Part shown: piece after piece, positions 1 through 11,382 of the stretch
Layout of the letters: each line of letters starts with the position of its first letter
Position numbering within the stretch: the stretch's first letter is position 1
NCBI RefSeq assembly: GCF_002105155.1
Contig: NW_019028980.1
Location: forward strand, 186,001-250,000
Source: Lobosporangium transversale
Lineage: Eukaryota
Direction of reading: 5' to 3'
DNA: 64,000 nt
Notes under the pieces: generated by a model
What the model was told of the DNA's origin: nothing
Seen by the model: only the letters and a program-made list of their open reading frames with translations
Databases searched by the model: none
Position numbers and translations under genes: made by a program

Positions 1-2754
1 GGGAAGCCTTGCCTAGGGGACTGCGCAGGCCACCCCCCCGGCGTTCCTCTTACTGCGTGGCCCTTTGTGTCAGTGCCTTGTCTCGCAAATGGTGGTCTGC
101 CATCAAACCCTGGTGGAGGCGGTTTGATCCAAGGTCCCTCTCCGAATATTTTAGGGCGACCAAGAGAGCCCCAAATATCCCACAGGAAAGCTATGAGGAA
201 GCTCATTAACGCAATCATTCCTAAAAACACGCTAGAATTATACATATCGCACCTATTATCATTAAAATAGATAAGTAAGTAGTTGATAAATCAAAGATAG
301 ACCTTTTTTTTCCTTTTTTTTCTTTTTTTTTTTTTTTACCATCCATTTTGACCACCAACGGCGCAAGGGAACTTGGAGATGCAAATAAAGATATCGACGA
401 ACCAGATCAAAGTCATAAGAATATCAAGTCCGAATAGAATATAACGCTTCATCTTTTCCCGTCGTCGTAGGCGTCGGCTCAAATAGTTGAATACAAACAA
501 AAAACTCACAACCATTGAGAGTATAGCAACGATATAATGGAACGCAAGCCCCGCTTGGCTCGAAAACGGCGAGGGAGACTTTGACACCTGATAGGCGGGA
601 AAAGATGACATTCAATATGAGTTATTGTTAATAATTATGGGAAATACTATATGGCAAGTCAAGAAACAAAACCAGCTCAATGTTTGTATTTGCTCTGCCT
701 ACCGGAGATGCTGCAATTAGTAGCACGAGGACAAACACACTTGAGAACAAGCTGATCAGGCGAAGGATCAGCCGCCTCTTGTTAGGTTTTTTGGGAGGCT
801 CAAGCTGATCCTCTATTTCCTCTTCGTCATCCTCATCCACAGCTGTCTTTGTTACTCCTGATTGCTGTGCGGCTGTTATTTTTGATTTGTCTTGTAAATC
901 TACAGTATCTTCAGGCATCTTCTTATTGGATTGGCTACCAGCCGCAGGCACTGGAACCAACGTTGATTCGAACTCCTCCTCATTATTTATGTCGTCAGGG
1001 CCGCCAGGCGGGTATCCATGGAATCCACTATGAGCACCACCTCTACCAACGCCATAACCTCCCTCATACTCTACCCTGTCGTTGCCACGGTGCTGATTTT
1101 GATGACTTCTACGATAGTATTCTTCCGATCGGCGATCCCAGTGGCGCCCATCATCTACCACATTTGCCCTATAATTGCGGTACTGCTGTTCCTGTTGCTG
1201 TTCATGCATTCGGATTTGATTCATCGCGGCTATCCTTTCTTTTGGGCCGTATCCATATCTCCTATCAGCGCTGCTCAGATAGCTTCCTCCTCCTCGCGGT
1301 GGCGGTGGCCGTAATGGTGAGGTCATGAGTCTATAATCTGCAGAGTCCATAGATAACCTATAGCCACTTCCCGGACGAATGGGACGACTAACACGACTAG
1401 AGCGGAATGCATCTGGAATAGATGACAGCGCTGCCTCTCGATCTCGATCTGTCATTGCTGCTGCAGTAGGTGCTGCAATATCATGATTATTTTTGCGTTG
1501 ATTCGCTACCCATTCCTTAGCTCTGCTTAACCTATCAGGAGTCTCCACACGTTGGTTTTGCCTAACTGCCGCTGTTGCTACTATCTTGGTATTACCAAAT
1601 TCAGATGGTATCACTAATGCAGAGTCGGATCTAGAGGTTGTAATATGACCCAATCCAGCTTGGCGCTGTACACCGGGGCTTGTGCTCAATGCGCCCTCAT
1701 TATGGATCCCATCGGGCTCGCACCTTTCCCTCTCCCTTCCTTCGTCACGACCTCTGTATCGTTGCTCATACCTCTCTTGTCTTGGTGAATACTCTTCATA
1801 TTCATATTCACTTGCTGGCAGACTCAGAGGCCTGGTTGGGCGTTGATATGAACGCAAACTATCTTGTGATGATGATAAAAACGGCGGTGGTTGATATCCA
1901 ATGAAAGGGGTCGATTGTTCAGCATAGAGCCCGCGTTGTTCATCATCTGGCCAATACGATCCTGAACTCCTACGATCCTGCAGTCCAGGTGGCGGTGGAG
2001 GTGAGAGTGAATGAAGGCGTGAGCGCGTTGGGGAATCTACAAAAGAACCCCTTTTATTTTTATAACCGCCATTAGGAGGATACATAGCTCTGCCTCCATG
2101 AAGTGGACTATCCTGAGTGTGCTGAGGCTCTCGATCGCGACCTCGGGATGACTCTCCAATATCATGTGGTAACTGATGCTGCTGTCGTTGCTGGCGTAAG
2201 AGTTTTTGTTGTTGCTGGAGATTGTGTTGTAAAACTGCGTCCACTTGTACGTTTTCCCGCTCACACGCCTTCCCCCTATTCCTAGTCAGGTTCGACAGTG
2301 TCTCTTTTAACCCTGCACTAATCTTTTGGATGGAGCCATTGTTCTTTCTATTAGCGAGCTCATAATCGTATGTTACATCCTGATTGCTGTCGTCTTTGAG
2401 GACGCCAGTATTGATTCGGCTATCATCTATACTCCGTCGGCTCTTCCCTGAAACAAATCCTTTGGTCTCTTCAATCTCAATATCCAAAGCCTCGCCTTCT
2501 TGTGTTTGATGGTAATTTCTGTTTTGAGAAAAGGCGTTGTGCCGGCTAACTCCGTCCGGCTGTACTGGGTCTAGCGGGAAAGGATTCGGATTGTAGACCG
2601 AACTAGGCATATGGGGCTGCGTAGTCATGGAGATGGACTCTAATGAATCAGAAGAGGATGATGGCAAGCCCTTCTTGTTCTTGTTCTTGTTCTTATAGTT
2701 GTTGCTACCTTGTACTTTTTTTTTATCCATGCTGTCGTGATGTAATGTGGCCAT
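1..2754 (-). CDS. Membrane protein with a long disordered N-terminus and a C-terminal 4-TM MARVEL-like domain; exons 2754-703, 587-340, 252-<1; 3' end lies outside the window
   Basis: 708-aa ORF ends in a TM segment (LILRLISLFSSVFVLVLLIAASP) followed by a GTAGGC donor. Downstream exons splice in frame (VSKSPSPF...FPCAVGGQNGW|CDMYNSSVFLGMIALMSFLIAFLWDIW), giving four hydrophobic helices with a C-x7-W-C loop. Confidence 0.75.
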
Positions 2755-3358
2755 TTGGGATAGACCAATGAAGTGTAGTGTTAATAAAATAAATAAAAAA
2801 GCAGTGTTTAAAGAGGTTGTCTATGACCAAGAGGGCTGGCTCCTCTTGTGTGTATTTAAAGCTAGAAAGATTCTGTGATTCTGTTGCTGTATCAGGATGA
2901 AGCAAAGAAATAAACAGAGAAAGAAAGTGAGAAAGTGAAACAGAATATGCAAAAGAGAAAGTGGAAGGGAAGAAGACGTTTACTGTCGTATTGATGAAGA
3001 CGAAAATAGAAAAAAAAGGAGGGAGGGGATGAGGAAAGAACATCATGACATCCAAAATGCCAAAGTGCTTTGATGCGTTGGCGGATAATTGAATCGATAG
3101 ATTTTTGTCCAGCGTGATCCATGTGAATAACCCCTATTATCGCATTTGCCACTTCTATTTCAATGAGGTGTTGATCAAAAAAACAGTCAGATAACGGGTG
3201 CAAGGGGGAATGACAGTGCATGCCATCAGACAATCTACGTCATGTCCCTTTGTTTCCTCTTTTTGTCTTCATAATGCTTTACACATTATTGCATGAGAAT
3301 GAATGAGAGTCAATGAGTTTATAAAAGGATTTCATTTGTTTATTCCATTCTGATTAGG

Positions 3359-5117
3359 TTAGCACACTTTAGGGATAGCATGTGCACAGGCAAAAATCTC
3401 TTCTAACTCTCGTCCCTGGATTTGTTTCCATTCTTGATAAGGTCTGCCAATCTGACCTTGCCACCATACAATGCCATCGGTGCTATCGACATCAAATACC
3501 GGTCGATTGCCAGTCTTCGGGCATCGTGGTGCATACCAATTCTTCTCCACAAAGACGGCCTGTCCATTCCGACCAAACAAGACCACAGTGCTAGATCGTG
3601 TTCCATATTCACCCTTCAGATGTGGCAGTGAAAGATGCTCTAGATCTGCTCTAGGAACAAAGACTCGGTCCTGAAGTCCATCAGTGAATAATTCAAACGA
3701 ATGGAGGTTCTCTGGGTGTGGTTTGGTATTGATACGAAGTTGTCTCAACATTTCGATCACCATCCATGTCATTTCAATTAAGCCATCATCCTTCATGTAA
3801 AGGCTATTGCGGACTAAGTTCAATGATCTGGCATGCCTCTTGTTGATAGTTTTGCTAATGCTATGGTAGATGTTAGCCGTATCGGATGTTTTTGAGGCTG
3901 TGAAGACGCCGCTATCATCGTCATCAATGTCATTTATCTGAGGCCTGTGAACCAAACGATCGGTGGAATAGGACCGCCGCTGAGAAGCTTTTCGTCCATA
4001 GCCAAAATGGTCTAGACTTGTGTTCAAAACTGCTTCAATCGCCTCAATCCCTATCTCGACCCGTCGCCATGGTCGTCCAAAGACACTGTTGCTGAGTCCT
4101 GTGACCGTTCCATGAGGAATCTGAAGACATGTATTCTGATCCGATGAGAAGGGAAACTTTGGTGTAAGATGAATCGATCGTCGAAACAACTTGCTTAAAT
4201 TGCCAGCGAGATGTTTCCATAAGGTTTGGTTGCGTGAGTGCGATGAAATAGGATTATTTCCTGTTGATATGCTAGCACTGGTAGTAGTAGTAATATTGGT
4301 GGTGGTGGTGGTGGTGGTGGTGTCAGCACTAGTTGTTGTCGTTGTTGTTGGAGTAACGGACGCTGTTTTCACTGTCATTGAAGTTGTCATTCCTGTTGTT
4401 TCGTTTTTATGAAGAATCAGTAATTCGGATCCTTCTCGGTTGGCTCCAACATACTGCTGATCTCCAGCGCCCTGGACAACCAACAAATTAAGCCCTTCCA
4501 ATGCCGTATCCCAGACCTTGGCATGGTTTCGTATCCATTTCTCAGCTTCTTCACAGCTCTTTTCAGAGCCATGTTTTTCTGCCATCGCCACCAAAAAATC
4601 ACCACACAACTGCCCTCTTGAGGGTTTGGGTATACAGGGTTTAGGACGGCTGTCATAATAGGATTGTTTTTCAAGATAATCCGTCAAGGCTATAAGATCA
4701 CCATCGGTCGTGACCCCAACCCATGTGCCTGGAAGGTCCCGATCATATCGAAGATTGGCCCTGGGAGGTTTGCAATCGACTCCGCAGAGGATCCCTGTGC
4801 GTTGCTTGTGCTTCTGTTTCTGCTGGCCCTTCTGGACTACAGTACTTGCGGCTTCAGTAGCTATGTTACCAGATGTTGATCGTGATAGGTTCCAAAAGCT
4901 GGCATGTGACGTAGGGCGGTCAAGACATTCATCTCGATTGCTAGCAAGGGCACTGTATGCAGTTGCAAAAGGAAGAAAAGGAATAAAGTTAGAGGACTGG
5001 CTAAAGGATATACTGTTAGCTGTTACAATACTGGTGGTCAAAAGCGGCACAGAGTGTTTCTTACAATTTGATGCGAGGATGGTTATTATTTGGTAATGTC
5101 CAAAGAATTAAACACAT
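3359..5117 (-). CDS. NRDE/TANGO2-family (Ntn-hydrolase fold) protein; exons 5117-5065 and 4952-3359
   Basis: Spliced N-terminus MCLILWTLPNNNHPRIKFALASNRDECLDRPT (GTAAGA donor, CAG acceptor). Family motifs NRDE, GTWVGV, SRG, GLSNS and YGTRSSTVVL are present. Confidence 0.88.
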
Positions 5118-6637
5118 TGTCTTTTTTGTGTTTTACGATACGTGAAAGAGGAAAAAGAGGAAAAGAATAAAGGATTACAGTACTTGGTCTGGCTAAAGAA
5201 TATTTGATGGTGTTAGATGATACGATCAAATTCTAGTACTTTTATATAACATTGTTCCCTATTTTCGGTGAATCGGCCAGGATAAACATGTTCTGCTGGG
5301 CATAAAAATAAAAGGTCTAAAATTTCGTCTCGGATGGTCCAATGGCGAGTGGTCGGATGTCAGGAATCGGAAAAAATGCTGTTTTATTGTGTACATTTGA
5401 TAGAAGAAGCCATCCGCCCTTTCGGGCTGACAAGGATGAAATAGGAGTGGACACTGCACGCAGCATCACATTATTTTTTTTTTTTTTTTTAAAACACAAA
5501 CGGAAGAATCTAGAGAACACAAGATCGCGGATCTTTCAGCCATGCTCATGTTGATACTAATGACAAGTGGCAATCGAATATGACATAAACTTTCATTTCC
5601 CTTTTTTGAACATGGGATAGCATCAATTATATGTTGCCAAGTAAAGCCAAGTAAAGTTGAATTAAGGCCAAGCTATGGACATATTAAAGTTCCTAGATTG
5701 TTTCGGCTCTAGCATAATGGGAACACCAATTGCATCATAAAAATAGATGTTAGTTAATCCACAATAACTTACATTGTTCATAGCTCAACAAGGTACGCGT
5801 GCTTGCAAACGCACTTTATTGCTAAATTAATGAGAAGAGGCAGCATTCTCATCTTGTAGAACAGAAAATGATAAACAAGCAATAGGTCGTCAAAAGCACC
5901 AAAACACCAATGCTATTTAAACAACAATCCTTGCATTCGTGCCTCTCTCCCTCTCTTTCTCCATCATAAAAGCGCCTCATCTGAATTTGTTGCATTTTAA
6001 TTGAAAGTAATAGTTTTAATTAGACCACGCTGATTTGCTTTACGCGAAATGTACCCTTTCTCTTTGGTTTATTTTTTTTTTTTTTTTATTTTTTTTTTAT
6101 TATAATCGTCTCTTGCATTTTTGCCCTGTCTTGCTATGCTTTCTCTTTCTCCTTCTCCAAACTTCCTTTTCTATCTCTCTCTCCGCCCTTTTCATATCTC
6201 CGTCTCATTACACTTTCATATGTCCATTAACGCTCTGATCATCTTGCTTTCAATCCTCTCTCATTCGCTGTATATTTTATCACTCTCTCTTCATACCTTT
6301 TTATAACTCTTCCCATCCTTTAAAACTATCTCTATGCCAATTCTCCTCGGCTTCCTTCATCGTTGATCATGTTTAACTTCATTCCCATCCTTTTGCATAT
6401 CTCGCGCTTTTTTTTTTTTTTTTTTTTTTTTTTTTCACTTATATCTCAATCAAATTAATAATTTTTAATCACAATTTTATCCTCGTTAAATACTTTCTCT
6501 GCGTTTACTCAGTGCTAATCCTTTTGAATGTGTCTTCAAATAGACTCCAATTGGGAAATTTCTTATCCTGCGTAAGTATGGATTTTCTATAACCACCCAT
6601 GTAGGAACATCTTATCATGTGCAGCCCGGCTTCTTGA

Positions 6638-7350
6638 GTTGCTCTCAATGAACCTGTCTCCTCCAACTCAACAACAACTTCTAAAGCCACCACCTCTTCG
6701 TACACACCTTCCGAGGATGTAGCAGATGATCCTGATGGCGACGGCACTCTGTCAAAGAGAAAGCGAATGAAAACCTCTCCCATGAGGTGGGAGGGCGCAG
6801 GCAGCTTTGACCTTGGTGTTGAAGATTCATGGACCCAAGATGGCGTAGATGTGACAGCCAATCTTCTAGACTATGCCAACTTGTACCTTGAGATTGGAGT
6901 TCACTGTCCGGACCGATCTGCTAAAATGCATGTATGTTGGTAGCAAATATAAAAATATTGTTGGGATTACACACACATTTTCTAACGTTTTGATATGAAT
7001 GAACTAGAGCGATAAACCGGATTTTTTTCATGGAAAGGAACTCTAGTGTAGAGTCTCACCTCGGGCCTGAACTACAGTTCCTGTTTCCACAGGAGAGCCT
7101 ACCACGTCTCACAAAACAAGATGTACTAGATATATATGACATAGCAATTGCTTTCAGAGATTTGGGCTCCATTGGCGTGCAAAACATAATTCGCACAGAT
7201 TGAGATATATTGAGGCGATTAGTTTCGAATTATTCTAATGTGGAAGCTCTTTGGACTCGATCAAGATGGATCAATGAAGATTCATACTTCCATGACTATT
7301 TTCTTCCGATATTAATGTGTCTGCAGAGGCCAGGAGTAACCCGATCCCTG
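6638..7350 (+). pseudogene. Degenerate fragment of a gene from a family typical of Mucoromycota (unknown function)
   Basis: Reads ...WTQDGVDVTANLLDY..., then an intron-like GTATGT...CTAG, then AINRIFF...IIRTD*DILRRLVSNYSNVEALWTRSRWINEDSYFHDYFLPIL. It has an in-frame TGA at ~7201, a phase mismatch across the intron and no intact start. Confidence 0.45.
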
Positions 7351-7388
7351 TGAATTCAGTAGTTTGCCATTACTTGTGTATTTGTGCC

Positions 7389-7536
7389 TGCTCCTATTCG
7401 ATTCGAACGAATCGAATTCGAATGGCTTCGAATAAGCTCTATCCCGGATCGATTCGAATGACGCGAATGGTTCGAATGGTTCGAATGAATCGAATGGCTC
7501 GAGTATCGGATGGCTCGAATGGTTCGAATAGGAGCA
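7389..7536. mobile_element. MITE-like element: 13-bp terminal inverted repeats enclosing a TCGA(ATGG)-rich array
   Basis: TGCTCCTATTCGA (7389-7401) and TCGAATAGGAGCA (7524-7536) are perfect inverted repeats. There are 13 TCGA palindromes in 148 bp. The right end continues as CTG (CAGTGCTCC on the minus strand), like hAT termini. No TSD found. Confidence 0.6.
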
Positions 7537-8298
7537 CTGACTGAGACTGATAATTTCCTTCTTTCTTTCTTTCTTTCTTTTTTTTTTTTGTGCTTTAGGA
7601 GGAACTGAGAGGGGCGTTTGACACCTTGAGTAGAAAACAAAACCATGATTTGGATCCGGCCATCACTTGAATTCCCCAGATAAGACAGCCAATATTTTAG
7701 GAATTGTGATATTAACATTCTTTTTACTATTATATTTTATATACTTTTCTATTTGTAATTCTTTACTTTGATGTATTTTTTCTTATTGTACACTTTTTAC
7801 TCGCACTTTTCTGTTGATTACAATTCCTTGGTCTCATCTAAATGTAAGACCCGAATGTCACTCCACAATAACTTAATCGCTGTTAAGAAAACTCACTCTC
7901 TGCTTCTCATCGCAACAACAAATGGAGCAGATGGGATGCTAATCTGCTCTTAGCATCAACACTGAAAAACTATAGAGATCGTTGAAAGCCATCAATAATG
8001 AAAGTCAATTCTCCAACGTAATGAGATTGTGAAATCCAGGATTCTGATACACTAACATACAATTTTGAATGAATAATTCATTCCAATGTACATTTCTTTT
8101 TTCATTCCTAGGAACCGTATATATATAACCCTTTGCATTAATAAAGCTCTCGCCTTTTTTTTACGCCACAGTTATGTGTTGTGACATTGGCTTGTCTTAT
8201 TTGAAAAACTAATCAATTAGCTCACTAATTCAAAATGGGTTGTGCCCGTTTGGAGACCAATTATCTTTATTCTTTTGCAAGCCATAACCTTACATCAT

Positions 8299-8496
8299 TA
8301 AATGGCATTCCAACCGTGGGCATCCTGACCTCGACCCTATCGAACACATGTGGGCAGAACTGGAGAGGCGGCTCTCCAGGTATCCGGAGCGAGCAAAGAG
8401 CTGTGGTGAATTATGGGAGCGATTATCGGTTGAATGGTACAGGATTCCAGTGGACTTCTGTCGTAAACCCATCATAGGTCTGCATAAGAGACTCCG
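8299..8496 (+). mobile_element. Tc1/mariner transposase C-terminal fragment (catalytic E motif)
   Basis: PDLDPIEHMWAELERRLSRYPERAKSCGELWERLSVEWYRIPVDFCRK matches the Tc1 SPDLNPIEHLW...LWERxxxEW pattern. Confidence 0.85.
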
Positions 8497-8497
8497 C

Positions 8498-8639
8498 ACT
8501 GGCCCTCTATCAGATGTACTGACTCCAAATACTTCCTAACAATCTTCGCCGTGTGTTTCGAATCGTTGTCGTGCTGAAAGATGATATCGCTTTTAGTTAG
8601 GCCCCAGTCATCAAGCGACATCTGTAGAGCCTCCTGAAG
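8498..8639 (-). mobile_element. Tc1/mariner transposase fragment (second catalytic D motif)
   Basis: Minus-strand translation LQEALQMSLDDWGLTKSDIIFQHDNDSKHTAKIVRKYLES matches Tc1 IFQQDNDPKHTSK. Not in the ORF track. Confidence 0.85.
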
Positions 8640-8895
8640 TGCAAGCGAAAATGCTAGAACTCAACTGTTACACCAAATGCTTTGCCCATTTTCAATTTGC
8701 TCCGATGGGGAAATAAGCTTTATCCAATAAAATTATCTTACAATGTGTCCAAACGTGATAACCGAATTGATTATCACAGTTATCCAAACATGGTGTCTTT
8801 ATTAACAACATAGACCAATTTGAATGACCTGACATACATATTATCCTATCTATTAGCGTTTCTTCTTTTTTCACTATAACTGCACTGTTATAGGC

Positions 8896-9258
8896 CTATA
8901 GATTGATCTCTCTGTTGAGACACCTTGTAGTTGCATGACGAATCCAGCCTTGACAATCCTTTCGGGATATCGGCCCGAATGCGTCTTGGAACCTAGCGCG
9001 CATGGTTTCGTTCGCCTCAAGACGGCTTCTCTTGAAGCTGTTCTTGACCTTCGACTAGCATTCTTCGATTGGATTCAGGGATAGTGAGTAAGGAGGAAGA
9101 TATTTACAAGAATGGCCTGCTTCTTCTATGAGTTCTCTAACCAGAGGAGACTTGTGAATACGTGCATTATCCATTTAAAAAGTATATCCATGCATCTCTT
9201 TAGTTTCCAATATCTCAAGAACCCCACAAGTGAAGTCCCTAAAATAAGCCCCAGTTGT
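8896..9258 (-). pseudogene. IS630/Tc1-type DD34E transposase, C-terminal part, with in-frame stops
   Basis: TTGAYFRDFTCGVLEILETKEMHGYTF*MDNARIHKSPLVRELIEEAGHSCKYLPPYSLSLNPIEEC*SKVK...DCQGWIRHA...NL*. There are 34 residues between the D of MDN and the E of NPIE. Confidence 0.9.
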
Positions 9259-9259
9259 T

Positions 9260-9901
9260 GGCAAAGGTTTCTTTTTCAACGATACCACGACCTGCCGGGA
9301 CGCGAAAGGAAAGATCAACCGATTCAGCGACAAAGGATCCTTGTAACAAAGTAGCGTCGGTTGCGATTATGACCGGATGACCTGAATTACGAAAATATAC
9401 CGGAGTATGTAACAATCGTCTCAAGGTAGGTATAACGCGTCGATTTAGTGTGCAGCTGTAATAACCTCTGTTCAAGGATGTATACCAAGGGCGTGTTAAC
9501 GCAAGTACACTTTTTCTTCCAGCGCGACACCAATTGAATAGGCCGCAGGCCTTCTCAACAAATTTGCATGGTAAAGGCATTCCCATGTTAATAATGTCAA
9601 TAATTTTGTCGACCTGACTCAATTGCTTTTTGTTAAGGGAAACAGTTCCTTCAACAGGGTTGATTTTAAAACCCAAGAAAGTAAAGGTAGAAGAAGGAGC
9701 GGTCATTTTGGCAGAGTTAAAGTTTATCTTATGATCCTTGTAAAGTCGAAGTAGTTTTTCTTTGCAACGGATGCCCATGTCGAGAGAAGGGGAGTTGCAA
9801 AGTACGTCATCCAAGTATTGCTGTAACATGGAACATTCTATGGTAGTTCTTTTGAAGAAATCAAGGTAAGATTCTAACATGTTTGGAAAATGAATGGTGA
9901 T
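9260..9901 (-). mobile_element. Reverse transcriptase (palm/thumb) plus N-terminal RNase H fragment, hepadnavirus-like/DIRS-like class
   Basis: SPFIFQ (1-nt frameshift away), YLDD, FTFLGFKI, KACGLFNW, RPWY, then RNase H IATDATLLQG...RGIVEKE. Both ends are truncated. Confidence 0.85.
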
Positions 9902-10855
9902 ATATTTATAAGAAAACCCCCAGCTAAACACAATTAGCAACAATATCCCGAGGTATCGTTTAGTACAAGTAGTCTTTAAACTTAATTATTACCTCCAGGC
10001 GCTCCTTGGATGTATATGAACGCCCCTAGCCGCTTCAGCTACCGTACACATGTGTACTGTCCAGTAGTTAATCAATCTTTGAGCAGTCTCTTCTGTAGTC
10101 TTGGATTACGTGGCAGGAGAATTGCGTTTCCTTTTACGACACATCTCTCTCAGGCTTGGCTCCTCATACCCGAGGTCAAAGCCATTTTCGTCTTGATCAA
10201 AAAGGGCCTCAGGTGCCGGATTGCGCTCTCTTTCTAGCTCATCCTCGTCGAATTAAAGCTGCGAATAGATGCAGGTCATTTTAGACCCTTCTCCTTTGTT
10301 ACTGTTTCTGTCAACAGTCTCGCTAATGATATGCGAGTCAATGACAGGGGTTTCAGCAGCAGGCGCATCCACGGCAGGTGTATCGAAGTCAAGCTCGTGG
10401 CCAGTATATATAGGGGGCGTCCAAGGGTTGTATGGGTCTGCTTCTTCATCGCTCTCTTCCTCTACAATCATCCGATGAGAGCGAGGCCGTGACGAGGAGG
10501 CTAGATGGATGAACGAAATACCGCCATCATAATCATGACGATGTAGATTCTGGAGATGGGGCTTGGAAGAATCACTTTTATTCCCGGAGCCTTGTGCGCG
10601 AGGCTGAGGGATGGCATTGTCACTGCCTCCTCCCTCAATTTTGATCCCAATAGTCTATGGATATTGCAAAATAGAGGAACCAATGTTTATAACCAAGAGG
10701 ATGGAATAATTTACAAAAGAACCATTAAGCTCACATACATTAGAACTATCATCCCACTTCAAGGCGGCTTTCTGAGCCTCGAGACCTTTGTAGAGCTCGT
10801 CGTCATCAGTGTCAACCAAATTGATAATTTCAGATTAGTTCTTGGTAAGTGCCAT
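9902..10855 (-). pseudogene. 5' part of an intron-containing IS630/Tc1-type transposase (acidic N-terminus plus HTH); exons 10855-10739, 10654-9993, 9923-~9902
   Basis: ATG at 10855. Introns GTATGT...CATAG and GTAATA...GCTAAT...TTTAG (69 nt). HTH-like RKRNSPAT*SKTTEETAQRLINYWTVHMCTVAEAARGVHIHPRSAW|SW. Several stops and a frameshift. Same strand as the DD34E piece at 8896-9258. Confidence 0.6.
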
Positions 10856-11173
10856 AGTGGGTTTGAATTTGGTGATTAGGAGTGTTGAAGTGATCTCGAT
10901 TGAAGGATACAAGCGGTGATAACTTTTGTCTTTTTATTTTTCTTTGAACCCAATTTCTTTTATACATGGGCCCATCATTGCATGCTGACATGGCACCAAT
11001 GTACCAACACGCCAACGCGCCATGATCTTCGCGACGCGTCTTGACAGCTTCAATAAAAACCCAACGCGGTTGATAATTTCCAGGACGCGCCGATAATATT
11101 ACAAGGTCCCATGGCTATTTCCGCATGACGACAAAATTCCGTAGTATTGATCCCTTAGGTCTTTCCCTTGTCG

Positions 11174-11290
11174 CTTCACTTTATTCACTGTCTTCACTTT
11201 ATTCACTGTCTTCACTTTATTCACTGTCTTCACTTTATTCACTGTCTTCACTTTATTCACTGCCTTCACTTCATTCACTTTCTTCACTTC
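11174..11290. repeat. 18-bp minisatellite (CTTCACTTTATTCACTGT) x ~6.5
   Basis: Four perfect units from 11174, then degenerate copies. The unit is made of two 9-bp TTCACT-containing subunits. Confidence 0.95.
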
Positions 11291-11382
11291 TTTCCTTGTT
11301 CATTTACTTTATTTTATTGTCACCAATTACAAGCCTTCCTTTTTTTTTTGAAAAAAAAAAAAAAAAAAAAAAAAGAGCAGCA

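Noticed and set aside
9..270. Two short plus-strand ORFs at the window start
   Set aside because: Antisense to exon 3 of the minus-strand MARVEL-like gene.
9902..9925. WGFSY as part of the RT motif (WGFSY-SPFIFQ after removing 7 nt)
   Set aside because: Possible, but it is equally explained as the start of transposase exon 3 after a good branch point and acceptor. Left unresolved and not counted as RT.
10040..10230. RT-like words (PFLIK, IQDYR, SKID) in an alternative frame upstream of the RT fragment
   Set aside because: The spacing is incompatible with RT motifs 1-3 and there are multiple stops. A different frame gives a better HTH transposase reading.
11174..11290. Repeat array near an RT as a CRISPR-like or retron/DGR-like system
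   Set aside because: The units are head-to-tail with no unique spacers, there are no cas or accessory genes, and the RT is a truncated fragment inside a dead transposase.
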